64,000 bases of DNA from a virus. Taxonomy: Duplodnaviria; Caudoviricetes. Shown here one piece after another: positions 51,799 through 60,939 of the stretch. Within the stretch, counting starts at the first letter, position 1; each line of letters starts with the position of its first letter. The notes beneath the pieces were generated by a model. That model saw only the letters and a list, made by a program, of their open reading frames with translations, had not been told where the DNA came from and made no database searches. The stretch lies in IMG/VR virus record IMGVR_UViG_3300032007_000017; one strand, 5' to 3'. A program made the translations under genes and the position numbers.

Positions 51799-52188
51799 CT
51801 AAAAAAGTTCTTTCAAGCGATCTGCATCGTTTAAATATTGGTTCCATATTTCAGTTACATCTCTGACACCAAAATAATGGTCTCCAACAGATATACATTC
51901 AAAAAAGCATACATTCATATGCTCAGATTTTGCAAGTGTTCTATAATTTCTAGCCTCATTTAACAATGTCTGAGGCTGCATAAACCCATAATACAGAATA
52001 CATTCAAGTGCTACTTTCTGATCTTCAGAAGTTTTAATCATCAGAAGAGCACCAATCATATCTTTATCAGTTTGATCAGCAGAAATAATCTTAACTTTCT
52101 GATCAATAACATGAGAAGCAACATTTGTAGGATTGTTGGCTTTCATATAATCATCGAATGGAATAATCTCTCGTTTCATAAGTATCAT
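51799..52188 (-). CDS. Hypothetical protein
   Basis: 129 aa, GGGAGG RBS. Confidence 0.7.
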   Translation of the reverse strand: MILMKREIIPFDDYMKANNPTNVASHVIDQKVKIISADQTDKDMIGALLMIKTSEDQKVALECILYYGFMQPQTLLNEARNYRTLAKSEHMNVCFFECISVGDHYFGVRDVTEIWNQYLNDADRLKELF

Positions 52189-52216
52189 TCCTCCCTTATT
52201 AATATGTACTTTTCAA

Positions 52217-52341
52217 GATAATATTCCCCAGGTATAACCTGGGGAATATTATCAAGAGTGATGTAAGGATGGTCTTTTTACATTTACGACACTTGACACG
52301 AAAAGATATAGAATGACACACAATACCGGCTAAGCCGATTT
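52217..52341 (-). ncRNA. Candidate late small RNA
   Basis: AACA-N6-TA at 52341-52352; long perfect hairpin 52217-52253; no ORF. Confidence 0.4.
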
Positions 52342-52368
52342 ACTTGTATGTTTATGAGAGATATTTAT

Positions 52369-53094
52369 TTATACTTCTCTTACAACTCTACGTTCTTTAT
52401 TACGAACTGTAATCGGAAGCATATAATCCTGATTAATAATATTCGTATAAATACAAGATCCTAAGAGATAATAATTCAATGTGTTTTTAGACGTAAAATC
52501 ATCTTGATCAATGGGAATATCTTTCTCAGACAGAGTACCAGTAGTGGCAATTGTTGCATAAGCAACAGACTTTGCATTCATAGCATCTGCTCTGAATGTA
52601 GATAATTCCTTCATTGTATGATCCATATTCATGGCAATTAATCCTTCCATTTCACGGTCGGATTCTTTACCACCTTTATCATGATACACAAGAAGACCAG
52701 TCTTATAATCACGATCATTAATTCCTGTAGTAGTATGATTCTTCTTAACGATAAACTGTTTCATTTTCTTAATATGAATTGGAACTACTACAGCTTCTTT
52801 AGATGTAATAGGCTCTCCCTTAGAGTTCTTATACATATAAGGAAGATATACTTTCTCAGTAAGAGGAACTCCAAGTACATCTAACCCTTCTTTGATATCT
52901 TCCATCTTAGGTTCTACTACCCAAGGTTTTACATGAAAACGAAATGGAAGAGGTCTATTACAAAATGTTTTAAATTGAGTATCACTCATTTTAGAAAACA
53001 GATTCTTATAATATGCTGTATTTGATCCAGTCTTATCAACTGCATCAAAATATTTATAGATTAATTCTTCAGCTTTTTTACGTTGCGGAGTCAT
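52369..53094 (-). CDS. rpoB: RNA polymerase beta extreme C-terminal subunit (probably virion RNAP)
   Basis: IHIKKMKQFIVKK (cf. YMLKL.H.V..K), KGGKESDREMEGL (cf. GGQRFGEMEVWAL), KELSTFRADA (cf. QE.LT.KSDD); late promoter 53111-53122. Confidence 0.8.
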   Translation of the reverse strand: MTPQRKKAEELIYKYFDAVDKTGSNTAYYKNLFSKMSDTQFKTFCNRPLPFRFHVKPWVVEPKMEDIKEGLDVLGVPLTEKVYLPYMYKNSKGEPITSKEAVVVPIHIKKMKQFIVKKNHTTTGINDRDYKTGLLVYHDKGGKESDREMEGLIAMNMDHTMKELSTFRADAMNAKSVAYATIATTGTLSEKDIPIDQDDFTSKNTLNYYLLGSCIYTNIINQDYMLPITVRNKERRVVREV

Positions 53095-53122
53095 TTAATC
53101 ACTCTCCTTTTAATAAAGTGTT

Positions 53123-54117
53123 GATGATCACAGGGTTTTACCCCTGTGATCATCATTGCAAGAAGAGACGTGGATGCTTGATAAAAGCAACAGGATATAA
53201 GAAATCAATCTAACCCTAATAAATTGTTTATTCTTTAAAAATAAAAATAAAGGTGATTAGAGGGGAAAGATTCCCCTCTAATCTATAGAAGATTGTGAAG
53301 ACATGATGATCAAGCAATTAACAACGTCTTTTCTTGCATTTTCATAAGATTAAACTCCTATATTCATTAAAGCGATAGACTCGCTAAAGTCTTAGTTTTA
53401 CTTATGATAAAACGAGTATCGCTTAGATCATCCTAATAAAATGTTAAAGATAGGGAGCATAGAGCTCCCTATCTTTATGCCTTTGTTATACCTGTTAGAA
53501 AAAGCAAATGATACACTTTTAAACAGAAGATAGACGAATTGGAAATCCTAGACGATGTTTTGCCTTTGTTGCCGAGAAGAATTACTTGGTAGCATATGAT
53601 ACTTTCGTTTTACCAGTGGGGCGATGATATGATTACATAAACTCTATAGAATTCTAATTATATTTTCTTTTATAAGCGATAACTTCGCTAAAGGTTAATT
53701 AGATTATATAGAAGGTATCATATCATTTTTTCAAATTCCTGTGTTCTAAGTACTTAAGGGGAAATGATTAAGTACTTAAGAGTGGGGAAACACTCTGCTC
53801 GCAATTACGGACCACAACATATTGTGCATCATTCTACACTATATTGAGTGGATTATTCATTTATCTCTTCAGATTAAATATTTTTTATTTGAACTACTAT
53901 ATACCAACATTACAATATTCAATTTTTGAAAGTTTCTACAGTTGGCGTTGTACAAACACATTAGCTAGAGAAGTTAACAAATTCATACACTTAGTAGCAC
54001 AGGTTTTTTTGTATATAGGAGTTCTTTATATTATAGAGAGTAAATTCTCTTTATTTAATTATAGAGATAGAAGTTTACCGCTCTCAATATAAATATAGAC
54101 TGATTTACTAATATGTT
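53123..54117. ncRNA. Non-coding structured region with several candidate RNAs
   Basis: No credible ORF; late promoters at 53217-53228, 53434-53445, 54106-54117; hairpins at 53123-53154, 53255-53283, 53446-53476; duplicated pseudoknot motif. Confidence 0.4.
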
Positions 54118-54349
54118 TTTGACAGATATATTTATATAATTTTTATAAGAAATTCATAGAACTAAAAATCTAAAGAGACTAGAGCGTTAGCTCTAGTCTC
54201 TGATTTTAATTAATTGAATTATTCTCTTTCTTATGATTTGTTCTAGGTTCTTTTCCCATATATATTTAAAGTTATTTACCTGGAGAACGCCGAGAACCCG
54301 CCCTTATTCGGGTTCTCCGCCATAACTTAAATAAAAAGAACGTCTTACG

Positions 54350-54800
54350 ACGAATTTAGATTAAAATAGGAAGGTCAAATTTTCTCAAAAATTTCGAAAA
54401 ATTGGCAAAAAATAAACCCCGTAGCCTCAGCTACGGACAAAAAAATATACCCATGTTTAGATTAAACATGGTTAAATAAATTAAGTTAATTTAGATAAAC
54501 TTAAATGAAATTTATTAAACTTAAGATATAGATTTAATAAACTTTTTTGAAATGTATAAACATTTCATGTTTATATTATGTGTTTATTTTCAAGTTTACT
54601 CAGGTAATTTTTCAGAAAAATATATTTTCTATTGCCCCATGTATCCTTTTTCTTTTTTTTATTATATATAATTTATTTATATATAATTTATATATATTTA
54701 ATTTATTTATTTTATTTAATTTATATATATTATATTTATTTTCCTTCCTTCTTCCAAGCCCCCTTTATTAGTAATTTTGTTAGTTTTGTAAAAAATTATT
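54350..54800. other. Candidate replication origin or tubZ-type centromere region
   Basis: TAAAC repeats at 54463, 54496, 54516, 54538, 54557 next to a nearly pure A/T tract (about 54648-54742). Confidence 0.35.
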
Positions 54801-54920
54801 TTACATTTTCGGATTTATAGAGAGGGGAAGCAACCCCCTCTCTATAAACAGCCAAAAGAAAAGGAAACAAGAGATGGAATAAGAAAGAATGATTCATATG
54901 AGTAATTTATTGTTAGTGAA

Positions 54921-55043
54921 TTATGAAAAATTACTCAAAAGCCAAATGCTGAATATAATTCCAAATATTCCAACTGGTGGTAAAAATGGAAGCCAGAAAA
55001 AGATACTAGATAGCAATGTAATTATTCCTATAAGTTTAATCAT
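54921..55043 (-). CDS. 40-aa hydrophobic hairpin membrane peptide
   Basis: AAGGAGG RBS, early motif 55076-55084; MIKLIGIITLLSSIFFWLPFLPPVGIFGIIFSIWLLSNFS. Confidence 0.65.
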   Translation of the reverse strand: MIKLIGIITLLSSIFFWLPFLPPVGIFGIIFSIWLLSNFS

Positions 55044-55110
55044 GATAATAGCCTCCTTTAATGTATTGGTCATTTTAATAATATGTAGATGAGTGGGAAT
55101 TTAATCCCAC

Positions 55111-56373
55111 TCATCTATTAGCATTATGGATAGACAATGCGAAATACATCTTGATTGCTCTTTCAAAAGAATTCTTAGTAGCAAGACGAGATCTTCTACG
55201 GATATATGCAGGAGAATTCTCAGAAAGTAAAGATTCAATCAACTCCTGAGTCTTCTTTAACTCAGGTTGTTTGGCATTTGGTTTTGGAGAGATCGTATAA
55301 GTAATAAACTTAGGATTTCTCACATCTTTATCCTTACTATCGCTATAATTACAATATGCCGTAATCATAAGCATAACAAGCTCTCTGATCTTGATAGTAC
55401 TTCTAGGATCACCAAAGAGAGATTCCATAATAGACTTCATCTCTTTTGTAGTGATATTAGAATCTGAACAAGCTCTACAGATAGCATAGTCAACACCAGA
55501 ACTCAGCATGTAATTGACTGCTTTCTCTGTCATTTTCTGAATTCGTAAAGAATCTGAATCAGCAAGTCTATAACTATCTTCTTCAACAGAATCAGAGTTA
55601 TAGTTCATATATAACTGATCTCTCTTCTCCCAATTCTTATAATACTCATTTGCAATATTACGAAGGAAGGAACGAAGACGAGATTGAAGCTGGTTAATCA
55701 TGATATAAACCACATCTTCATCAGTAAAGCTTTTAAGATTCTTTGAATATGTAGTATACCAAACATTTGAAATCTTTCTGACAGCTCCAATAACAGATCC
55801 TTCAGAAACAATATCAAACTTAGTATTCAGAGAATTATTGACGGTATACTCCATAATATGTCTTGCAGGAAGTACTACTTTCCATTGATTATAGTGAATA
55901 GAAGGATAGAATTTACCAGAGAATGCAAGATGAATACAAGCAAGCTCTGCTTCTTTCTGCATTTTCTTGAGATAGAAATAACGAATGACACACATCATCG
56001 TTACTGTAAATTCATCTTTAGCAGCTAGAGGAGAGAAATGAGGTTCATTACCATAATAGGTCTTTTGAATACACTCTGTTACAAAGCTCTTATCAATATC
56101 AAGAGCTTGAAAGAGTGCATTTGCATCATCTTCTCCAAAGACAATTCTAGCGCAAGGAAGTGTATCATAAAGATCATCTGATCTCTTTTGAATAAAATTA
56201 GATACAAGTTGCTTATACTTTTGCTTACCATTAGGTCTATCGAGCTGTTTCTCTACTAATGGATAGAGTTTGTCTCTAAAGACTGTAGTATCTGCATCAA
56301 TCTTATAAGCAACTTCATTGAGAGGACTAAGAGACATAAACATAGTCTCTAATAATACATTATTAGGCATCAT
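55111..56373 (-). CDS. Hypothetical late protein
   Basis: 420 aa, AAGGTGA RBS, late promoter 56383-56394. Confidence 0.8.
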   Translation of the reverse strand: MMPNNVLLETMFMSLSPLNEVAYKIDADTTVFRDKLYPLVEKQLDRPNGKQKYKQLVSNFIQKRSDDLYDTLPCARIVFGEDDANALFQALDIDKSFVTECIQKTYYGNEPHFSPLAAKDEFTVTMMCVIRYFYLKKMQKEAELACIHLAFSGKFYPSIHYNQWKVVLPARHIMEYTVNNSLNTKFDIVSEGSVIGAVRKISNVWYTTYSKNLKSFTDEDVVYIMINQLQSRLRSFLRNIANEYYKNWEKRDQLYMNYNSDSVEEDSYRLADSDSLRIQKMTEKAVNYMLSSGVDYAICRACSDSNITTKEMKSIMESLFGDPRSTIKIRELVMLMITAYCNYSDSKDKDVRNPKFITYTISPKPNAKQPELKKTQELIESLLSENSPAYIRRRSRLATKNSFERAIKMYFALSIHNANR

Positions 56374-56415
56374 ATCACCTCTTACTAAAATGTTTCAGGT
56401 AAAAAAGAAATCGCC

Positions 56416-56682
56416 TTAGCGATTTCTTTTCTTCGTCAGCTTCTCAATAAAGCACAAAGCCTTATAAAGAACCCAACGTGCAGGGACTGACAGCATTGCC
56501 AGAGTCATAAACCCGGCAAATGCTACCATGATGAGCATCCCAAAGAACTGGGATTCGGTAGGATCGGTCATGAAATGTGCCAGAATGAAGTTTGGTGCCC
56601 AAATGATATAGGGCACTAAAAATGCCATTCCGGCAAGAATGCCGATGCTGTGGTAGATGGCTTTTGCAATCAATTTCTTCAT
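56416..56682 (-). CDS. Two-TM membrane protein
   Basis: AAGGAG RBS before ATG 56682; two hydrophobic segments, basic ends. Confidence 0.7.
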   Translation of the reverse strand: MKKLIAKAIYHSIGILAGMAFLVPYIIWAPNFILAHFMTDPTESQFFGMLIMVAFAGFMTLAMLSVPARWVLYKALCFIEKLTKKRNR

Positions 56683-56719
56683 GTTCTTTTTCTCCTTTTT
56701 ATTTTTATATTTGGTATAA

Positions 56720-56944
56720 CTAACTATTGACAGGACTATATCCTGCCAGGAACTGATGCAATGCATCAATCGAATACTTGCCTAATGCCATGGGTGCAAT
56801 TCGATTAGTATGCAGAGCGATCTGAGATGGAGTCAGTGGTGATGACTCCATCTCACTCTCTTTGACAAACGTAATACGTCCATCATCGAGAATAAAGTAG
56901 CAGCCAGGATCTTGTGTCGTCCTACTGCAATATAGAGACCTCAT
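56720..56944 (-). CDS. Hypothetical early protein
   Basis: AAGGAG RBS; early motif 57008-57016. Confidence 0.65.
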   Translation of the reverse strand: MRSLYCSRTTQDPGCYFILDDGRITFVKESEMESSPLTPSQIALHTNRIAPMALGKYSIDALHQFLAGYSPVNS

Positions 56945-57091
56945 AGCTCTACTCCTTTCTTCTAGAATTCAAGTGGGGGTGAGATATAAGTATCTCTTTA
57001 TTCATAATTATAATATGTAATTGAAAATGATAACTTTTACGGATCATCGAAATCAACAAACCCCACACCAAAACTGGTGTGGGGTTACATT

Positions 57092-57670
57092 TTATGTAGA
57101 AGCTTGTTGTTCGTCTTTTTTGACTTTGGATAATGTATACAGATCAATGAGTTTATCAACAATTTCTTTTGTTTTATCATTGATTAGTTTCTTATCCTTT
57201 CTACAAGCCCAATACTTGTCGGCTGGCATATACTTGCTGTTTTCTCCAACAGCAATCCAATCCAGTACCATTTCTACAATGGATTCTGGATCCATTTCCA
57301 AAGCAACAAATTGTCCATTGCTCATATCTATCCAGTGTTCTAGATAATATGAATTCTCATGATAATGAGCTAATAGACTACGCTGATACATATATTTTCT
57401 ACGAGGAGAATCTATTGGTAGATCTTCTGTAGGGAATCTATAGAAATAAGCCATAATACCAATAGTTTCAATCTTGTTTGATAATTTAGATAGGTCATGT
57501 GCTGTTATCCTAGCTTCTACAGTTGAATAATCGGCGCCTGCCACTTTACAAAATACCTCGCCATATTTATCAAATGCCTTCTTGATCAATTCTCTGTGAT
57601 TTGATACATCTCGCAGGAATGCATCACGTGCCTCTTCCTTTGTGTCAAATGTTTGAATATTACTTTTCAT
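57092..57670 (-). CDS. HD-like protein (DUF5662-type)
   Basis: H...HDLSK...HYHEN...EHW...EMVLDW. Confidence 0.6.
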   Translation of the reverse strand: MKSNIQTFDTKEEARDAFLRDVSNHRELIKKAFDKYGEVFCKVAGADYSTVEARITAHDLSKLSNKIETIGIMAYFYRFPTEDLPIDSPRRKYMYQRSLLAHYHENSYYLEHWIDMSNGQFVALEMDPESIVEMVLDWIAVGENSKYMPADKYWACRKDKKLINDKTKEIVDKLIDLYTLSKVKKDEQQAST

Positions 57671-57748
57671 GATGACTCCAAACAGCCTCCTTTCTCTAGG
57701 CTCATTAATGGTATGTTTCAGGTAAAAAATAAAGGGCCCTTAGGCCCT

Positions 57749-58312
57749 TTATCTTCTTTTATCTTTATAGAAATATGTAGCAGGATCTCTTTTCCATTCA
57801 TTATAATTATTATAGATATCTTCAGCTATTTTTTCGGGAGTTTTGGTAGGAGCTCTATTGTTTATAACAGCATAATTGCATAAAGAGTGATAGAATGGAT
57901 ATCTGATATCTGCAAGTTTTCTTTTTGACTTTATATTGATACTCATGGTTCTGGGGTCTCTGACGTATTTGAGATCACATTTGACCCAGACGATAAATGT
58001 ATCTGTCATTGTACGAAGCAATTGTCTACAATCTTCGCTCATAACAATGCCACCACCAGTATCGATAATAAATTCTTCACCTATAAATTCTCTACTGCTA
58101 CATATATTCTCAATAATACTTAATGTATCATGCTGAATTCTATTTCTATAGTATTCTGTAATATTACTTACATCTCCACAAATTCCTTTAATTACCTGAT
58201 CCATACGTGTATAATTAACCATAGTTTTAGGATCATCTAAAACATCTTGCAATGCATTTGCAATTGTTGACTTACCTGCTCCAGGCATACCAATTAAAAT
58301 GATTTTAGACAT
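57749..58312 (-). CDS. Shikimate kinase-like P-loop kinase
   Basis: LIGMPGAGKST, DTGGGIV, R.PFY. Confidence 0.7.
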   Translation of the reverse strand: MSKIILIGMPGAGKSTIANALQDVLDDPKTMVNYTRMDQVIKGICGDVSNITEYYRNRIQHDTLSIIENICSSREFIGEEFIIDTGGGIVMSEDCRQLLRTMTDTFIVWVKCDLKYVRDPRTMSINIKSKRKLADIRYPFYHSLCNYAVINNRAPTKTPEKIAEDIYNNYNEWKRDPATYFYKDKRR

Positions 58313-58358
58313 AATAAAACCTCCTATAAAATGTAAAGAGGCCCGAAGGCCTCTTTAT

Positions 58359-60737
58359 TTAATTGATCTGTGAATATATGATTTGATCATTCTTTAAATT
58401 CAATACCTTATCTCCACCAGATACTGAACTACCAATGGTAATTCCTTTAACAGGGAATTGTAGTTCTCCAGCATTAAAGCATCGAATTGTAAGAGTCTGA
58501 GAATCATCAGCACAAAGAATATTCTGAATTGTATCATCTTTTGATAAACGAATCAGAGAGAATTCTTTCTTTTCCTTATCAACACCAGGAATACTATTAA
58601 AGGCAACTTTATTCAGTTTACCCATCTTAGTAACACAGATCAGATAAGGAGCATGCTTAGCATTTAATATAATCATTCCATCAAGATTTCCAGACTTAAG
58701 AGTCTTATTACCCCTAGCAGCTCTTTTCATAGTAGAAATAGAGTTGACAGGAATAGTCATGACTCTCTTGTTATTGAAAACCAAGATAGAGCAATTAGAG
58801 AATGCTATATTCAGATCCTGAATATAATCACCCTTATCAAGCTTTGCATACAAGAGACCAGAAGAAGGAATCGTAGTAAACTCATCCAACTCCATCTTCT
58901 TAATAAAGCCAGACCTTGTAATAGATACAATGTGATATCTTACAGAAGTCTTATCTTTATTTCTCATCTTCTTCAAAAGATCCTCAGAAAATACTTTAAC
59001 GCAATTTCCAGAGAATGTCTTAAAGATAAATCTAAGATCAGTTCTTGCATCAAACGGGAGTTTATTGACTAAGAGCTTAAATACCTTACCAGCTCCATCA
59101 AAGATAATCAAATGATCAGCATTATCAATTTCGATAATCTGTTTGATTACATCATTCTTGATAGAGTTGAACTTAGAACCAGCAGGTACTTTAGCAATGA
59201 ATCCTTTTTCAGTAATAGCTACATACATCGGACCAGTAGGAATGAAATCCTTAGCAGAACTCATATGAATGAGTTTAGAATGCCTAGGACAACCATACTT
59301 CTGCTTGATTGTAAGTAGCTCTTGTCGAATATATTCAGTGATAGCATTATCATCAGTTGTAAGCATAAAATACTGATCTCTCATCTGATAGAGCTGAGCT
59401 CTTTCTTCCTTCAGCTTCTTCAGATATGCAGGAGTCAAATTTCCAAGGTTTGCATTGATGATATACTTTGCTTGAAGATCGGTAACATCAATCATCTTAA
59501 TGATATACTCGATCAATTCATTACTATCTTTTGTATTATCTTTACGATAAGACCGAATCTTAGCGATTACTTGATCAATTTTGCCAGACTCCATCAGTTT
59601 AATGAAAGCTTCCTTTTCATGAAGCTTAGTATTAATCTGCTGAAGACGATTGACAAAGAGTCTATACTTAACCTTCTTACGATGCTCAATAAAGAACAGA
59701 AGATAATCACGATAAGAAGGTCTAATCAGATCCAAACCATTCAGCATCTCAAAGTTAATTCTTTGAGTAGACTGAATAGAAGTATTCTGATAAAGTACAT
59801 TCTTGATATATTCAGGATCAGTTCCTGATTTCAAGATATACACGTATTCAAGATTGTCTCCTTTTGATTCATCGAACTCAGAGTCAATCTGAATGATCTT
59901 CTTTTTAGCAACAAGCATATTGACCTGATTAATAATGGTATCCAGAAAGATTCCATCAGGAATACTATGGATAATCACTGCAGGTCTATGCTTGAAGTTC
60001 TCATTAGAATAATCCTGAACGGTTTCGATGATTCCTCTTACAGTAAAGAATCCAAAACCGGTCTTAGAAATCTCTGCCCAGTTAGCATCATCAAAGATTT
60101 CACAATGCTGACAAGTATCAGGAATCAAGACAATATTGGCTTTAGGATTATCCATAAGAGTAAGAATAGCATCGATTACTTCATTGGTATTATGACAAGG
60201 AATCTCTGCTTTCTTACCAACACCAATACCAAAAGAACCATTGATCATTGCCATCGGTAAAGCTGAAGACAAATATTCAGGTTCTTTACGAGTATGGTCA
60301 TAATTGTCAACCCAGTTGACTGAGTCAGATGCTTCTCTCATATCTCCAACGATATATTCAAGAGCAAAGTCACTAAGTCTTACCTCATTATATCGAGGAG
60401 CTGCCATAGGATCACCTTGAATATTACCAAAGGATCCTTGCTTTGCACAAACTGGAAGATATGACTCAAACCAGTTTACCATAGGCTTTACAGATCCAGC
60501 AAGAGATTGATCACCATGACCATGATATCTCATTGCTGCACCAGCAATGGTAGCTGTCTTTATTGTATGAGTCGTAGCACCTTCTTCAAGCATAGTATAT
60601 AATAATCTACGCTGAACAGGTTTGAATCCATCCTTAATGTCAGTCATGATTCTATCATAAGTGACATATAAGGCATAACGTTGATAATCTGATTTAAATT
60701 GCTGTGACAGATTAACAGGAATTATTTTTTCCGACAT
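58359..60737 (-). CDS. gyrA: Type IIA topoisomerase subunit A (GyrA/ParC)
   Basis: DGFKPVQRRLLY, YHGHGD, catalytic AAPRY, beta-pinwheel CTD; ATG 60737 after AAGGAG. Confidence 0.92.
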   Translation of the reverse strand: MSEKIIPVNLSQQFKSDYQRYALYVTYDRIMTDIKDGFKPVQRRLLYTMLEEGATTHTIKTATIAGAAMRYHGHGDQSLAGSVKPMVNWFESYLPVCAKQGSFGNIQGDPMAAPRYNEVRLSDFALEYIVGDMREASDSVNWVDNYDHTRKEPEYLSSALPMAMINGSFGIGVGKKAEIPCHNTNEVIDAILTLMDNPKANIVLIPDTCQHCEIFDDANWAEISKTGFGFFTVRGIIETVQDYSNENFKHRPAVIIHSIPDGIFLDTIINQVNMLVAKKKIIQIDSEFDESKGDNLEYVYILKSGTDPEYIKNVLYQNTSIQSTQRINFEMLNGLDLIRPSYRDYLLFFIEHRKKVKYRLFVNRLQQINTKLHEKEAFIKLMESGKIDQVIAKIRSYRKDNTKDSNELIEYIIKMIDVTDLQAKYIINANLGNLTPAYLKKLKEERAQLYQMRDQYFMLTTDDNAITEYIRQELLTIKQKYGCPRHSKLIHMSSAKDFIPTGPMYVAITEKGFIAKVPAGSKFNSIKNDVIKQIIEIDNADHLIIFDGAGKVFKLLVNKLPFDARTDLRFIFKTFSGNCVKVFSEDLLKKMRNKDKTSVRYHIVSITRSGFIKKMELDEFTTIPSSGLLYAKLDKGDYIQDLNIAFSNCSILVFNNKRVMTIPVNSISTMKRAARGNKTLKSGNLDGMIILNAKHAPYLICVTKMGKLNKVAFNSIPGVDKEKKEFSLIRLSKDDTIQNILCADDSQTLTIRCFNAGELQFPVKGITIGSSVSGGDKVLNLKNDQIIYSQIN

Positions 60738-60939
60738 AATTTTAGATAACTCCTTTGCTAGTTTCAATCTTATGTTTATTCATCATTTAAAGAGCGATGT
60801 CAGAAACTCTGATATTGTAATAATGAAATTCATATAATCACCTCAATATAATAATATCCAACTGAAAGACATATTATTATTATGAGAGTTTATGACCCTT
60901 TAAACATTTGATTAGCAATAACACAAGGAGTTGAAACTA

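Noticed and set aside
53844-55092. Plus-strand ORFs in the AT-rich region
   Set aside because: Low-complexity F/L/I/Y translations without RBS.
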